A stretch of DNA of 32,000 bases from Flavobacteriaceae bacterium (GCA_965224465.1 OZ245049.1:4410001-4442000); one strand, 5' to 3'. Positions 16,888-25,278 are shown, counted from the first letter of the stretch. Numbers and translations are program-made. The notes: a model not told the origin generated them from the letters alone.

Positions 16888-16928
16888 GACTGAGGGTTAA
16901 AGGGGTTCGAGTCCCCTGCTTCACACCA
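16888..16928 (+). other. tRNA 3-prime fragment (T-arm, acceptor 3-prime strand and CCA); possible att-site scar
   Basis: AGGGG-TTCGAGT-CCCCT is a canonical T-stem/T-loop. It is followed by GCTTCAC, then A, then CCA. No D-arm or anticodon arm can be folded upstream. Confidence 0.55.
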
Positions 16929-17073
16929 TTTAAAAACAACTATGCAGAACACTTGCGCTATGCATAATGTTAAAAAAAAATCCGAACATAAAATAAACAT
17001 CCTTAATTATGGAAAACCGTAAATAAAATATAAATCGTTTTCGGAATTTTGAAACTAACTAAACCAAAAAATT

Positions 17074-17289
17074 ATGTCAAAAATTATTGTCACCATAGGT
17101 ATTATTATTGCTTTCATTTTCTTATTTGGAGTAATTGTAGCAGCAAATAAAGGAAGTGGAACACCTGGGTTTTTAGGATTAATTCTTTTTGCTGGAATGG
17201 TTGCTGGAATTCGAGCAGTTTGGAAAAAACCTGCGGTCAAAAATGAGATGACAGAAACGGATAAACATCAACTTGACAAAAGAGACTAA
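17074..17289 (+). CDS. Small two-TM membrane protein, 71 aa
   Basis: Two hydrophobic segments (IIVTIGIIIAFIFLFGVIVAA and FLGLILFAGMVAGI). Its stop is 2 nt before the next gene. Confidence 0.55.
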   Translation: MSKIIVTIGIIIAFIFLFGVIVAANKGSGTPGFLGLILFAGMVAGIRAVWKKPAVKNEMTETDKHQLDKRD

Positions 17290-17291
17290 TT

Positions 17292-17792
17292 GTGTTTAAA
17301 TATTATTATTCTATTCTCGAAATTCCTCAAACCGCAACTCAAGCAGACATAAAACTTGCCTTTAAAACTCAAGCTATAAAGTGGCATCCTGACAAAAATA
17401 TTGGTACTGACACTACAACAAAAATGCAAGAAATAAATGAAGCTTATCTAATTCTTAAAGACATTGATGCAAGAAGAAGGTATGATATTGAATATTCAAA
17501 GTATAAAGAGTTCAAAAAACAAACACAATATCAACGTCCAAAAAAGAATAAAGAAAAACAAGAAAACACAAAATCAAGAAGTTATGAATATAAAATAAAA
17601 GATGAAACTTTAGAGAAATGGATTCGAAATGCACAAAAACAAGCGGTGGATTTAGCAAAACAAACTTTAAAGGAAATTGGAGAATTAAGTGTCGAAGCAA
17701 CTAAACAGGCTGGAGCGAAAATGTTTCAAATGCTTATTTTTTATTCAATTTCAGGATTTATAATTATGCTTTTATTTAAGGCTTGCAACTAA
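17292..17792 (+). CDS. J-domain (DnaJ-like) protein with a charged coiled region and a C-terminal TM anchor, 166 aa
   Basis: YYSILEIPQTATQADIKLAFKTQAIKWHPDKN...INEAYLILKDIDARRRYD carries the HPD motif. The C-terminus MFQMLIFYSISGFIIMLLF is hydrophobic. There is no Gly/Phe or zinc-finger region. Confidence 0.8.
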   Translation: MFKYYYSILEIPQTATQADIKLAFKTQAIKWHPDKNIGTDTTTKMQEINEAYLILKDIDARRRYDIEYSKYKEFKKQTQYQRPKKNKEKQENTKSRSYEYKIKDETLEKWIRNAQKQAVDLAKQTLKEIGELSVEATKQAGAKMFQMLIFYSISGFIIMLLFKACN

Positions 17793-17803
17793 AACTTACC
17801 AAT

Positions 17804-18814
17804 ATGAAAAATCTAAATAATTATTTTACTGTCTTTTTATTAATCCTATTTCTAAATTCCTGTGACCAAAAAAGAAATACATCATTTGAGAAGTTCGATT
17901 TTGGAAATGGCTATTCAATTGATTTGCCAGAAAAATATAGCAAAACCAATGAATTAACTTGGCAAGCAGGCGAACACTCTTATTTTAACATTAATATAGG
18001 TCAAATTGGGAATTCAGATTTAGAAACAGAGCTGGCAGATTATTTAGCTTCTCGAAATATTAGTGATTTATTTGATAACAGCAAATTTATAAAGACAGAA
18101 GATTTTGAAGAAAACGGACTTAAAGGAGTTGTTTCCTTCTATGAAGAAGACTTGAAAAAACAAGGTGCTGGAATTGTTACCTTAACTTCTTACGGAGTTT
18201 TTGCAATAGTACGAAATGACACAGATCAATTTACAATTAATTCTATGGCATTAAGCGACAATAATTTTGTTCAAATAGCTAAAGGTATAAAATCTATTAC
18301 AATGAAAGAAAATGCTTTGAACATTCCTATTGCAAATAAATTTGACAAGAATAAAGCAATAGAAAATGGCTACCAAGTATTTCAAGAAGACGGTTTTATG
18401 GTCAAATGCAATAAAGAAATAAAACTCGATAGATTAAGAATACAACAAATGAAACAAAATGGAATGGATGATAATTCAAGACCATTTCACGTTTACGATA
18501 ATGGAATAGATTATAATATTAATGTAAGCAGTTATCATAGTGTACTTGCAGGACAAACTGGACAAGAAATAACCGATTATAATAAAACCGATTTAGATTA
18601 TTACCAAACTAAATTTGATGAAATGTCAATAAATAATAATCGAGGTAAATTTAAGAAATTTGATGCAGTATATTACGATAACACGCAAAACGGAAGAACT
18701 ACAAAAGCAGTGTTTTTTCATCATAAAATGAAAAGTTATATGCTTCAAGTTACATACGATAATAATGTTGAAAAGAAATTTCAGGATTTTATAAAAACAT
18801 TCGAAATAATATAA
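17804..18814 (+). CDS. Hypothetical lipoprotein, 336 aa (ATG at 17804 preferred over TTG at 17783)
   Basis: Signal peptide and lipobox MKNLNNYFTVFLLILFLNSCDQK. It starts 12 nt after the J-domain gene stop. Confidence 0.65.
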   Translation: MKNLNNYFTVFLLILFLNSCDQKRNTSFEKFDFGNGYSIDLPEKYSKTNELTWQAGEHSYFNINIGQIGNSDLETELADYLASRNISDLFDNSKFIKTEDFEENGLKGVVSFYEEDLKKQGAGIVTLTSYGVFAIVRNDTDQFTINSMALSDNNFVQIAKGIKSITMKENALNIPIANKFDKNKAIENGYQVFQEDGFMVKCNKEIKLDRLRIQQMKQNGMDDNSRPFHVYDNGIDYNINVSSYHSVLAGQTGQEITDYNKTDLDYYQTKFDEMSINNNRGKFKKFDAVYYDNTQNGRTTKAVFFHHKMKSYMLQVTYDNNVEKKFQDFIKTFEII

Positions 18815-18877
18815 AAAGCGGGAAAGCACTATGCACAGTCGAGTAAGTAAGGGGAGTTTCACCCCAAACTTCTCACA

Positions 18878-18911
18878 GAACCGTACGTGAACCTCTCAAT
18901 TCATACGGCTC
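18878..18911 (-). ncRNA. Group II intron domain V (34 nt)
   Basis: Minus strand reads GAGCCGTATGAATTGAGAGGTTCACGTACGGTTC. It has the conserved GAGCCGUAU...ACGUACGGUUC lower helix and a 5-bp upper helix closed by a GAGA (GNRA) tetraloop. Confidence 0.8.
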
Positions 18912-18929
18912 TTATTATGCAGTCAATAC

Positions 18930-19151
18930 TTAGGTTAAGTGATAACCTAATGCCCAATGATAAAACATATTTGGATAATCTTTCGTAACACGTCTTAACC
19001 ATTTTACAGCTAAAACGCGACTTCTTTTGAAGCGTTTATACTTGTTCAAAATCCTTTTAATAATTCGATGATGGAGATAATAAAAGACAGGTTTTAGAGA
19101 GTTACGCTTTATTTTCCCATAATAATTTATCCAACCCCTTAGTTTAGCCCC
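18930..19151 (-). pseudogene. C-terminal fragment (73 aa) of a group II intron reverse transcriptase/maturase
   Basis: GAKLRGWINYYGKIKRNSLKPVFYYLHHRIIKRILNKYKRFKRSRVLAVKWLRRVTKDYPNMFYHWALGYHLT. The GWxNYYG motif and the basic tail are typical of the IEP maturase domain. A stop codon lies immediately upstream. Confidence 0.75.
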
Positions 19152-19213
19152 CTAAAAGCTCGGAGTAAATGTTGGATATAAAACATTAACTTTGAAAATA
19201 TGAAATACAAGAG

Positions 19214-19585
19214 GTGGACCTTACTGTTATTAAGAATCCCGATGAGCGAAAGTATTTACAAACACTATTAAATAATATCTCAGAACTACAAGTCATCCGA
19301 AAATTGGTACAGATTTTTAAAACGATGTTAAAAAGAGGGCATGGTAATATAATCCGATGGATTGATTTTATAAAACGATCGAAATACAAGATGACAGGAT
19401 TAATTACTTTTGCCAATGGATTATTAAGAGACATTAAAGCCGTTAAAAACGGAATTAATATGTCTTGGAGTAATGGTGCTGTGGAAGGTCATGTAAATCG
19501 GATAAAAAGTATCAAGAGGCAAATGTATGGCAGGGCTAGCTTTGATCTATTACGCAAGAAAGTGATATTGTCTCAAACGGGATGA
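19214..19585 (+). pseudogene. C-terminal fragment of an ISL3-family transposase
   Basis: FANGLLRDIKAVKNGINMSWSNGAVEGHVNRIKSIKRQMYGRASFDLLRKKVIL is the conserved ISL3 transposase C-terminus. The N-terminal ~300 aa are missing. Confidence 0.8.
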
Positions 19586-19683
19586 TAATTCCCCAAATCT
19601 GAAGAAGAACCTGTTTGACCATAATAGCCAAGAAGGATAAATTCATCAAATAATTATAAAAATAAAATCTTTAAACATAAAAT

Positions 19684-20028
19684 ATGGGCACATTTTTAGC
19701 AATACTACTTGTAGTTATTTTGGTTGTATATCTATATAACAATGGAAAAGAGCATACAATGGTTGATCCCGATGTACATAGCTATTACCTTGCACAAACA
19801 GATACTGGAGAATGGGTAAATTTCCCAACAATATTTAAACTAACTGGAAATAACGATATAATAATTTCTACTCCAAACGAGAGAATACTTGTATTAAATG
19901 TTATTGAGATTGAACCGAATACGTATACTGGTACTTTAGCTTCCTTAGGAGTTTTCACAACTGTATTTATGAGTGATGAAAAAGCATATTTCCATATTAT
20001 GGGAAATACAATGAAAAATTACAAATAA
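19684..20028 (+). CDS. Hypothetical membrane-anchored protein, 114 aa
   Basis: N-terminal TM segment (FLAILLVVILVVYLY). No known motif. Its 3-prime end overlaps the convergent gene by 10 nt. Confidence 0.45.
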   Translation: MGTFLAILLVVILVVYLYNNGKEHTMVDPDVHSYYLAQTDTGEWVNFPTIFKLTGNNDIIISTPNERILVLNVIEIEPNTYTGTLASLGVFTTVFMSDEKAYFHIMGNTMKNYK

Positions 20029-22688
20029 TAATATTCTGGAAATTCAACTTCCAATTTTTTATTATCAGAGAACAAACTTGTATTTAATTTTCTATTAGTC
20101 AAAATTATTTTTTTCAAATTATACAGATTGGAAATAGGGCTTAAGTCATAAATAAGAAACTTATAATTTCTTTCTTCCATATTAATTTCCTTAAGATTTT
20201 TTAAATTAGAAAGGGGATTTAAGTTTGAAATTTCGTTATTCTTTAAATTAAGGTGAGTAAGATTTTTTAAATTAGAAAGGGGATTTAAGTTTGAAATTTC
20301 GTTATTCTTTAAATTAAGGTGAGTAAGATTTACTAAATTAGAAAGACTATCTAATGAGCCTATATCATTGCTTTCCAAATTCAATTTTTCTAATTTAGTT
20401 AAATTAGTAATAATTAATTCTAAATTTACGATATTATTACTAGATAAATCAAGTTCTCTTAAATTTAATAAACTAGATATTGAGGAAAAGTCTATTTCAT
20501 CAAGTTCGCTTATAAATTTAATTAGCCCCCTCGGATCACCACCTAATTCCGGTATTCCATCTAAATCCACCATATAATTTAAATTAAGAATTTCAAGATT
20601 TATCAATTTTGAAATAGGATTTAAATTAAGATTTTCACCACTTAACTTTAATTCTTTCAAACCAATTAAGTTTTTAATAGGACTCAAATTTGAATTACAT
20701 AATTCTAATTCAAGATGTTTTAACTCTGTTAAATTCGATAAAGGATTTAAATCTAAACCTAATTCAAATTCAGAGTTTACAGGTGTCCTTGTATTTGAAA
20801 TTTTTAAATAAATAAGCTTTTCTAATTTCTCTATGAAATTAATATCAGTAATAAAGCCATTTATTTCAATTTTTTCTAAATTGACAAGACATGACAACTT
20901 GTCGACAGATCCTTTTATTTGGCTATTTAAACTATGGATAACGATCTCATTTATACTGATTAAGCTTGACAGTTTGTTTAGGTCGAACGTGTGAGAGATT
21001 AATTCGCTGTCCCATTTGTCAAAATCAGATTGGTAGTCAAAAGTGTGGCTTATTTCTAATTTATTTAAGTTTTTTAAATTTTTCAATAAATTTAATTCCA
21101 TTATAGTCTTGCAAACATTTAACTTTGTAAGGTTTGTTAATTTTTCTAATGAAATAATCTCTCCCCTATGCCCAAATAGGGTTAGTTCTTTTAATTTTGA
21201 TAGTGATATTAAGTTTAGTGATGATCTACTTTTGTTGTTCCATAAGTGTAATTCGATGAGATTGGTCATGCTATTAATAGCACTGTAGTCTACATTACTA
21301 CTCCATATATTTAAACTTTTAAGATTAATTAATTTAGATAATGGTTTTAAATCGCATATTCTACCTGAAAAACCTTGGATAAAGAAACGCTGTAATTCCC
21401 AAACCTTACTTAAAATTTCATCTGTATCGGTCTCATTTAATTCGAGAGTGCTGTCATATTTCAAACATGCAACCACATTTGTGTAGCTGTAATATTCGGT
21501 ATCATAAGTATTGATGGATTGTTTATATTTTTTATTGTTATATGTGTGTGGAACGAAATTAATATTATATAAAATAAGTTTCTTCCATTCTGGCGATAAA
21601 TTATTCCACCATTCTTCTGTTAAATTATTATTTTTTAGTATACGATTATCTATACATTTATTATCATCTTTGTAAATACCTCTCTCTTTTAAATAACCAT
21701 TTTCATAATACTCTTCAAAGTGACCTTGTTTTAAATTATTTTTATAAAAAGACTTTTCTTCTAATTGTCCATTTTCATAATATACCTCACTAACCCCATC
21801 TCTTTTATCATTAATAAAATAACTTTTACTTAATAGGTTTCCATTTTTATAATACTCATAGTGATAACCTAACAATTTATCTGAAATAAAATTTGTCTTA
21901 TTTTTTAATTTACCATTGTTAAAGTAAAGACAGCCTTCTCCCTCCAATTTACCATCCAGATAATATAATTTTTCTTTTAATTGACCATTTTCATAATACT
22001 CTTCACAAATTCCATTTTTTATTCCACTCTTATAGGATATTTTAGTACTTAAGTTGCCGTTTTCATTGTAATTTGTCCATTCACCATCTCTTTCACCATT
22101 TCTAATTATATATCTTTCCCACAATTGTCCGTTTAAATATCGTCTTTCAAAAAGTGTATATAAAACATCATCTTCAAACACCTCTTTCTTTTTAAGATAA
22201 CCTATTCCATCATTACAATCCACAAATGGTTTATCAAAACGTATATTTTTTTTTGAACTCATTACATTCTTCTTATGATTTTCTATAACAATTAACATTT
22301 GACTTATCATTTCTTCTCCAATTTCCTGTTGTTCGAAAATACTTAAGTTTCTAACATTATTAAATTGTCTTTCATATACTATTTCTTTCTGATAATATTT
22401 ATATCGCCATATTATTGTTAAATGACCAGTACTATAATGAAATTTAATAATTTGATTTCTTCCTTCTTCGTAAAGATTAAATTCTCTAGAATCAATTTTC
22501 GTAATAACCCCGACCCCATCAAAAAAGGTGTTATTTATTATGCCAACTATTATACTGAATTTTTTATCAAGAGGGAGTTTTCTAAGTTCTTGATTGTCTT
22601 TGTTTAAGCCTAAAAAAAAAGAAATTAAATAACCTATTATTAAAATAATAATAATAATAATCCAATACATAAGCAAGTAGTTTAGCAA
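20019..22688 (-). CDS. Membrane-anchored MORN-repeat plus leucine-rich-repeat (LRR) protein, 889 aa
   Basis: N-terminal TM segment. About 7 MORN/YwqK-like repeats (YYENGQLKEKLYYLDGKLEGEG..). The C-terminal half consists of ~22-aa LRRs (LSNLKNLTHLNLKNNEISNLNP). Confidence 0.8.
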   Translation of the reverse strand: MLNYLLMYWIIIIIILIIGYLISFFLGLNKDNQELRKLPLDKKFSIIVGIINNTFFDGVGVITKIDSREFNLYEEGRNQIIKFHYSTGHLTIIWRYKYYQKEIVYERQFNNVRNLSIFEQQEIGEEMISQMLIVIENHKKNVMSSKKNIRFDKPFVDCNDGIGYLKKKEVFEDDVLYTLFERRYLNGQLWERYIIRNGERDGEWTNYNENGNLSTKISYKSGIKNGICEEYYENGQLKEKLYYLDGKLEGEGCLYFNNGKLKNKTNFISDKLLGYHYEYYKNGNLLSKSYFINDKRDGVSEVYYENGQLEEKSFYKNNLKQGHFEEYYENGYLKERGIYKDDNKCIDNRILKNNNLTEEWWNNLSPEWKKLILYNINFVPHTYNNKKYKQSINTYDTEYYSYTNVVACLKYDSTLELNETDTDEILSKVWELQRFFIQGFSGRICDLKPLSKLINLKSLNIWSSNVDYSAINSMTNLIELHLWNNKSRSSLNLISLSKLKELTLFGHRGEIISLEKLTNLTKLNVCKTIMELNLLKNLKNLNKLEISHTFDYQSDFDKWDSELISHTFDLNKLSSLISINEIVIHSLNSQIKGSVDKLSCLVNLEKIEINGFITDINFIEKLEKLIYLKISNTRTPVNSEFELGLDLNPLSNLTELKHLELELCNSNLSPIKNLIGLKELKLSGENLNLNPISKLINLEILNLNYMVDLDGIPELGGDPRGLIKFISELDEIDFSSISSLLNLRELDLSSNNIVNLELIITNLTKLEKLNLESNDIGSLDSLSNLVNLTHLNLKNNEISNLNPLSNLKNLTHLNLKNNEISNLNPLSNLKNLKEINMEERNYKFLIYDLSPISNLYNLKKIILTNRKLNTSLFSDNKKLEVEFPEYYYL
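20195..20326 (-). repeat. Perfect 66-bp tandem duplication (two units), each unit encoding one LRR
   Basis: 20195..20260 is identical to 20261..20326. A diverged third unit follows. Confidence 0.9.
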
Positions 22689-22827
22689 GATAAATGTAGT
22701 TGTTTTTTTTGAATAGTTGTTGAAAATTTAAAAGGTTTGTTGTTAATCAAATTATTTATAAAATAAATAATTTGATATTATGTAATTGAATATAATTTCT
22801 GTATTATTATAACTGTAAGCTATTTAT

Positions 22828-23562
22828 ATGAAAACAAATATCAACTCAGTCTCTTTTGAACCATTTGAAATAGAATATGATATTCCTAAATATTTACAGG
22901 CAGCTACAGCGTGGAGTTGGAATGAGTTGTATGGCTATTATTTTATTTATCAAAAAGGAACGAAAGAGTTTATAAAAAAAATATTTTTATGTTCAAGTGA
23001 TAAAAAATATAAAGAAATTGCCCAATTAACATATAATTGTTTCCTTAAATCTGACGAATATTTGGTGCTTGTCCCATTACCGGGGCATATTAGCTTGTAT
23101 GAAATGGTAAATAATGTACCTATTCTGGTGCAAGAAGTAAATGAATATGATTTAAATATGTACAATATTTTTACTTTCCCCCTAGAGAAGACAAATGAAA
23201 TTGTCGATGTTTATAATTTATCCAATTCTACATTGTATATTTATAAATATCACGCTCAAGAAATCCCTCGTTTTTTAATTGAGTCCATAAGTGATTTGGC
23301 ATGTAGCAGTCCTGGTTTTGTTTTTGATGCTATTGATGGAAATTGCCTTTATGAAATAGATATGTTTCATTTCCCTCCTTGTGGTGGTGGCTATTCTAGA
23401 GGTATTAGTGATTCATATTCTATTAGGCAAAAATATTTGGAGTCATTTGATTTAGATCCTAGATATCTACGACTAGAATTAATTGGTATATCTGAAGGAG
23501 GGCTTTATATTTTTGAAAAAGAATCTGTAGAATGCGTATTTAAACATTTCTACTTCGATTAA
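22828..23562 (+). CDS. Hypothetical protein, 244 aa
   Basis: Long ORF divergent from the LRR gene. No recognisable motif. Confidence 0.5.
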   Translation: MKTNINSVSFEPFEIEYDIPKYLQAATAWSWNELYGYYFIYQKGTKEFIKKIFLCSSDKKYKEIAQLTYNCFLKSDEYLVLVPLPGHISLYEMVNNVPILVQEVNEYDLNMYNIFTFPLEKTNEIVDVYNLSNSTLYIYKYHAQEIPRFLIESISDLACSSPGFVFDAIDGNCLYEIDMFHFPPCGGGYSRGISDSYSIRQKYLESFDLDPRYLRLELIGISEGGLYIFEKESVECVFKHFYFD

Positions 23563-23598
23563 ATGAAAATGTTAATTTTTTTTAAAATACATTAGGTT

Positions 23599-24222
23599 AT
23601 GAATGCGAATAGAAATGTATTTCTCGTGCTGTTATTTTTTACGTTAATTTCAAATGGTCAAAATAATTTTGTAAAGATAGAATCTATTGCTAAAAAAGGT
23701 TTAGCTGAAGGGGAATATCATTTAGGATACATGTACTACTATGGAGAGGAGGTAGCTCAAGACGTAGAGAAAGGCTTTTATTGGATGAAAAAAAGCGCAA
23801 AACAAGGATTTGTAAAAGCTGAATTTCGTTTGGGAATCATGTTTTATGACACAGCTAAAAATGAAGAGTCCTATTATTGGATTAAGAAAAGTGCAGTAAA
23901 TGGAAATTCAGATGCACAGTTTTTTCTGGGTTTAATGTTTTTTAATCGTAAGAATAAAAAAGCACTGTACTGGGCTTTGAAAAGTGCAAATCAAGGAAAT
24001 TTAAAAGCACAACACTTTGTAGGTCTATTGTATTTTAGTGGGGGTTTAATTTTATCAGATAAAGAAAAAGCACTTTTTTGGTTTGAAAAAAGCGGAAAAT
24101 CAGGTTATAAAAAGTCACAATATCTACTCGGAAGTATTTATTTCAAGGGAGAAGGCGTTAAAAAAGACATAGAGAAATCAAAATATTGGATGCATAGGTA
24201 TGATATAAACGAGCAAAAATAA
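23599..24222 (+). CDS. Secreted Sel1-like (SLR/TPR-family) repeat protein, 207 aa
   Basis: Signal peptide, then about 5 repeats of the type A.Y.LG.MY..G.GV..D..KA..W..KSA.QG. Confidence 0.8.
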   Translation: MNANRNVFLVLLFFTLISNGQNNFVKIESIAKKGLAEGEYHLGYMYYYGEEVAQDVEKGFYWMKKSAKQGFVKAEFRLGIMFYDTAKNEESYYWIKKSAVNGNSDAQFFLGLMFFNRKNKKALYWALKSANQGNLKAQHFVGLLYFSGGLILSDKEKALFWFEKSGKSGYKKSQYLLGSIYFKGEGVKKDIEKSKYWMHRYDINEQK

Positions 24223-24230
24223 ATTTAAAA

Positions 24231-24437
24231 TTGAAAGAAATAATTCAAATTTTTAGCGATTTTAAAAAATATTATGGACTTAATACAAGTAATTCCAAAA
24301 AGGAGTGTGATAAACTTATATTGGACTTTGAGTTGATACTTAAAAGTAACTTAGATGTAAAAGGGGGACTGTTTCCTGTTTCTGAAAATATATATATGCC
24401 GATGATTAATCACTTAAAACTATACCAACAAAACTAG
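24231..24437 (+). CDS. Hypothetical small protein, 68 aa (TTG start)
   Basis: ORF only, 8 nt after the Sel1 gene stop. No motif. Confidence 0.3.
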   Translation: MKEIIQIFSDFKKYYGLNTSNSKKECDKLILDFELILKSNLDVKGGLFPVSENIYMPMINHLKLYQQN

Positions 24438-24660
24438 ACATTCCAATAATGACTATACAGTAGATAGAATAGATTCCAAAAAGATCACAAAATCATTTCT
24501 GCTCTTCATTGAAGTATAGAGGTTGATATTGTTTGATTGTAAATAATGTCATAAACACCAATTAGTATTAACAAAAATATTAGTTTTTATTAAATTTATT
24601 GCCATAATATTTAAGTTGGAGCTTTTTAATATACTGCTATATTCTATACCCAATAGTTCG

Positions 24661-25257
24661 TTAATCCCACATTTTTCTAGCAATTTCTGCTTCCTCTTTC
24701 CCTATGGCATTGGCATAAATTGAGGTAGTTGCAATATCTGCATGTCCCATCCATTTTTGCAACATATTAATCGGGATTCCTTTTGATATAGCGTTAACAC
24801 CATATGCATGACGTAGTCCTTTAGGTGATCTATGCTTCCCTTCGGAGATTCCAGCATCAATCATTACCTTTTTAATAAGTTCATAAGCGTGTTGTCTTGA
24901 CCATGACCATAAAAGAACCTTAGAATCTTTTACTTTCTTTTGTTTTTTTATAAGTTCATGCCCTATAGTTAATAGATCAATTAATTGATGTGGTACAGGA
25001 ACTGTTCTAAAAACATCACCTCTCCTTTTTTTTAAACTATTAAAAACTATTCTATTTGATTCTCGTTCAATACTCCTTGTAGTTAACTGTAAGGCTTCCG
25101 AAATTCTACAACCAGTATATGCCATGGTTTCAGCAAGAGTTCTTATTTTAGGGTTTTGTTCTTTTGCAGATTTTAAAAAATTATCCATTTCGGCAGAATT
25201 CAAATATAGACGATTTCCGTCTGGGTCAAAAAGTCTCATTTCGCTCATATCTGACAA
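24661..25257 (-). CDS. Small (~195 aa) catalytic-domain-only tyrosine recombinase, second type
   Basis: TGCRISEAL (Arg), KGLRHAYG (xxR-H) and MGHADIATTSIYA (His..Tyr). The TTG at 25257 or the in-frame ATG at 25248 or 25239 could be the start. It shows no close similarity to the 15100..15678 recombinase. Confidence 0.8.
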   Translation of the reverse strand: MSDMSEMRLFDPDGNRLYLNSAEMDNFLKSAKEQNPKIRTLAETMAYTGCRISEALQLTTRSIERESNRIVFNSLKKRRGDVFRTVPVPHQLIDLLTIGHELIKKQKKVKDSKVLLWSWSRQHAYELIKKVMIDAGISEGKHRSPKGLRHAYGVNAISKGIPINMLQKWMGHADIATTSIYANAIGKEEAEIARKMWD

Positions 25258-25278
25258 AACTAAAGAATTTTGTCAGAT
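25249..25278. promoter_or_regulatory. Palindrome with 11-bp arms and an 8-bp spacer overlapping the recombinase 5-prime end; candidate core recombination site
   Basis: ATCTGACAAAA-CTAAAGAA-TTTTGTCAGAT. It shares the GACAAAA...TTTTGTC core and a CTTTAG/CTAAAG word with the palindrome at 14991..15022. Confidence 0.5.

Larger units (their letters stand above)
18838..19151 (-). mobile_element. 3-prime remnant of a group II intron (IEP C-terminus, domain V and domain VI)
   Basis: It contains domain V (18878..18911), a domain VI hairpin with a bulged A 7 nt from a ..GAC 3-prime end (18838..18874), and the maturase C-terminal ORF fragment. Confidence 0.75.

Noticed and set aside
16829-16928. A complete but unusually long (~100 nt) tRNA, since GTGAAG at 16829 can pair with CTTCAC at 16919..16924
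   Set aside because: The intervening sequence does not form D or anticodon arms (no conserved GG in a D-loop, no 5-bp anticodon stem with a 7-nt loop). The length exceeds any class II or Sec tRNA. Only the T-arm and acceptor 3-prime part is tRNA-like.
18861-19612. Similarity between CCCCAAACTTCTCACAGAACC (18861..18881) and CCCCAAATCTGAAGAAGAACC (19592..19612) as possible paired element ends
   Set aside because: Only 14 of 21 positions match. The first sequence is already explained as the group II intron domain VI/V junction. The match is not convincing as inverted or direct terminal repeats.
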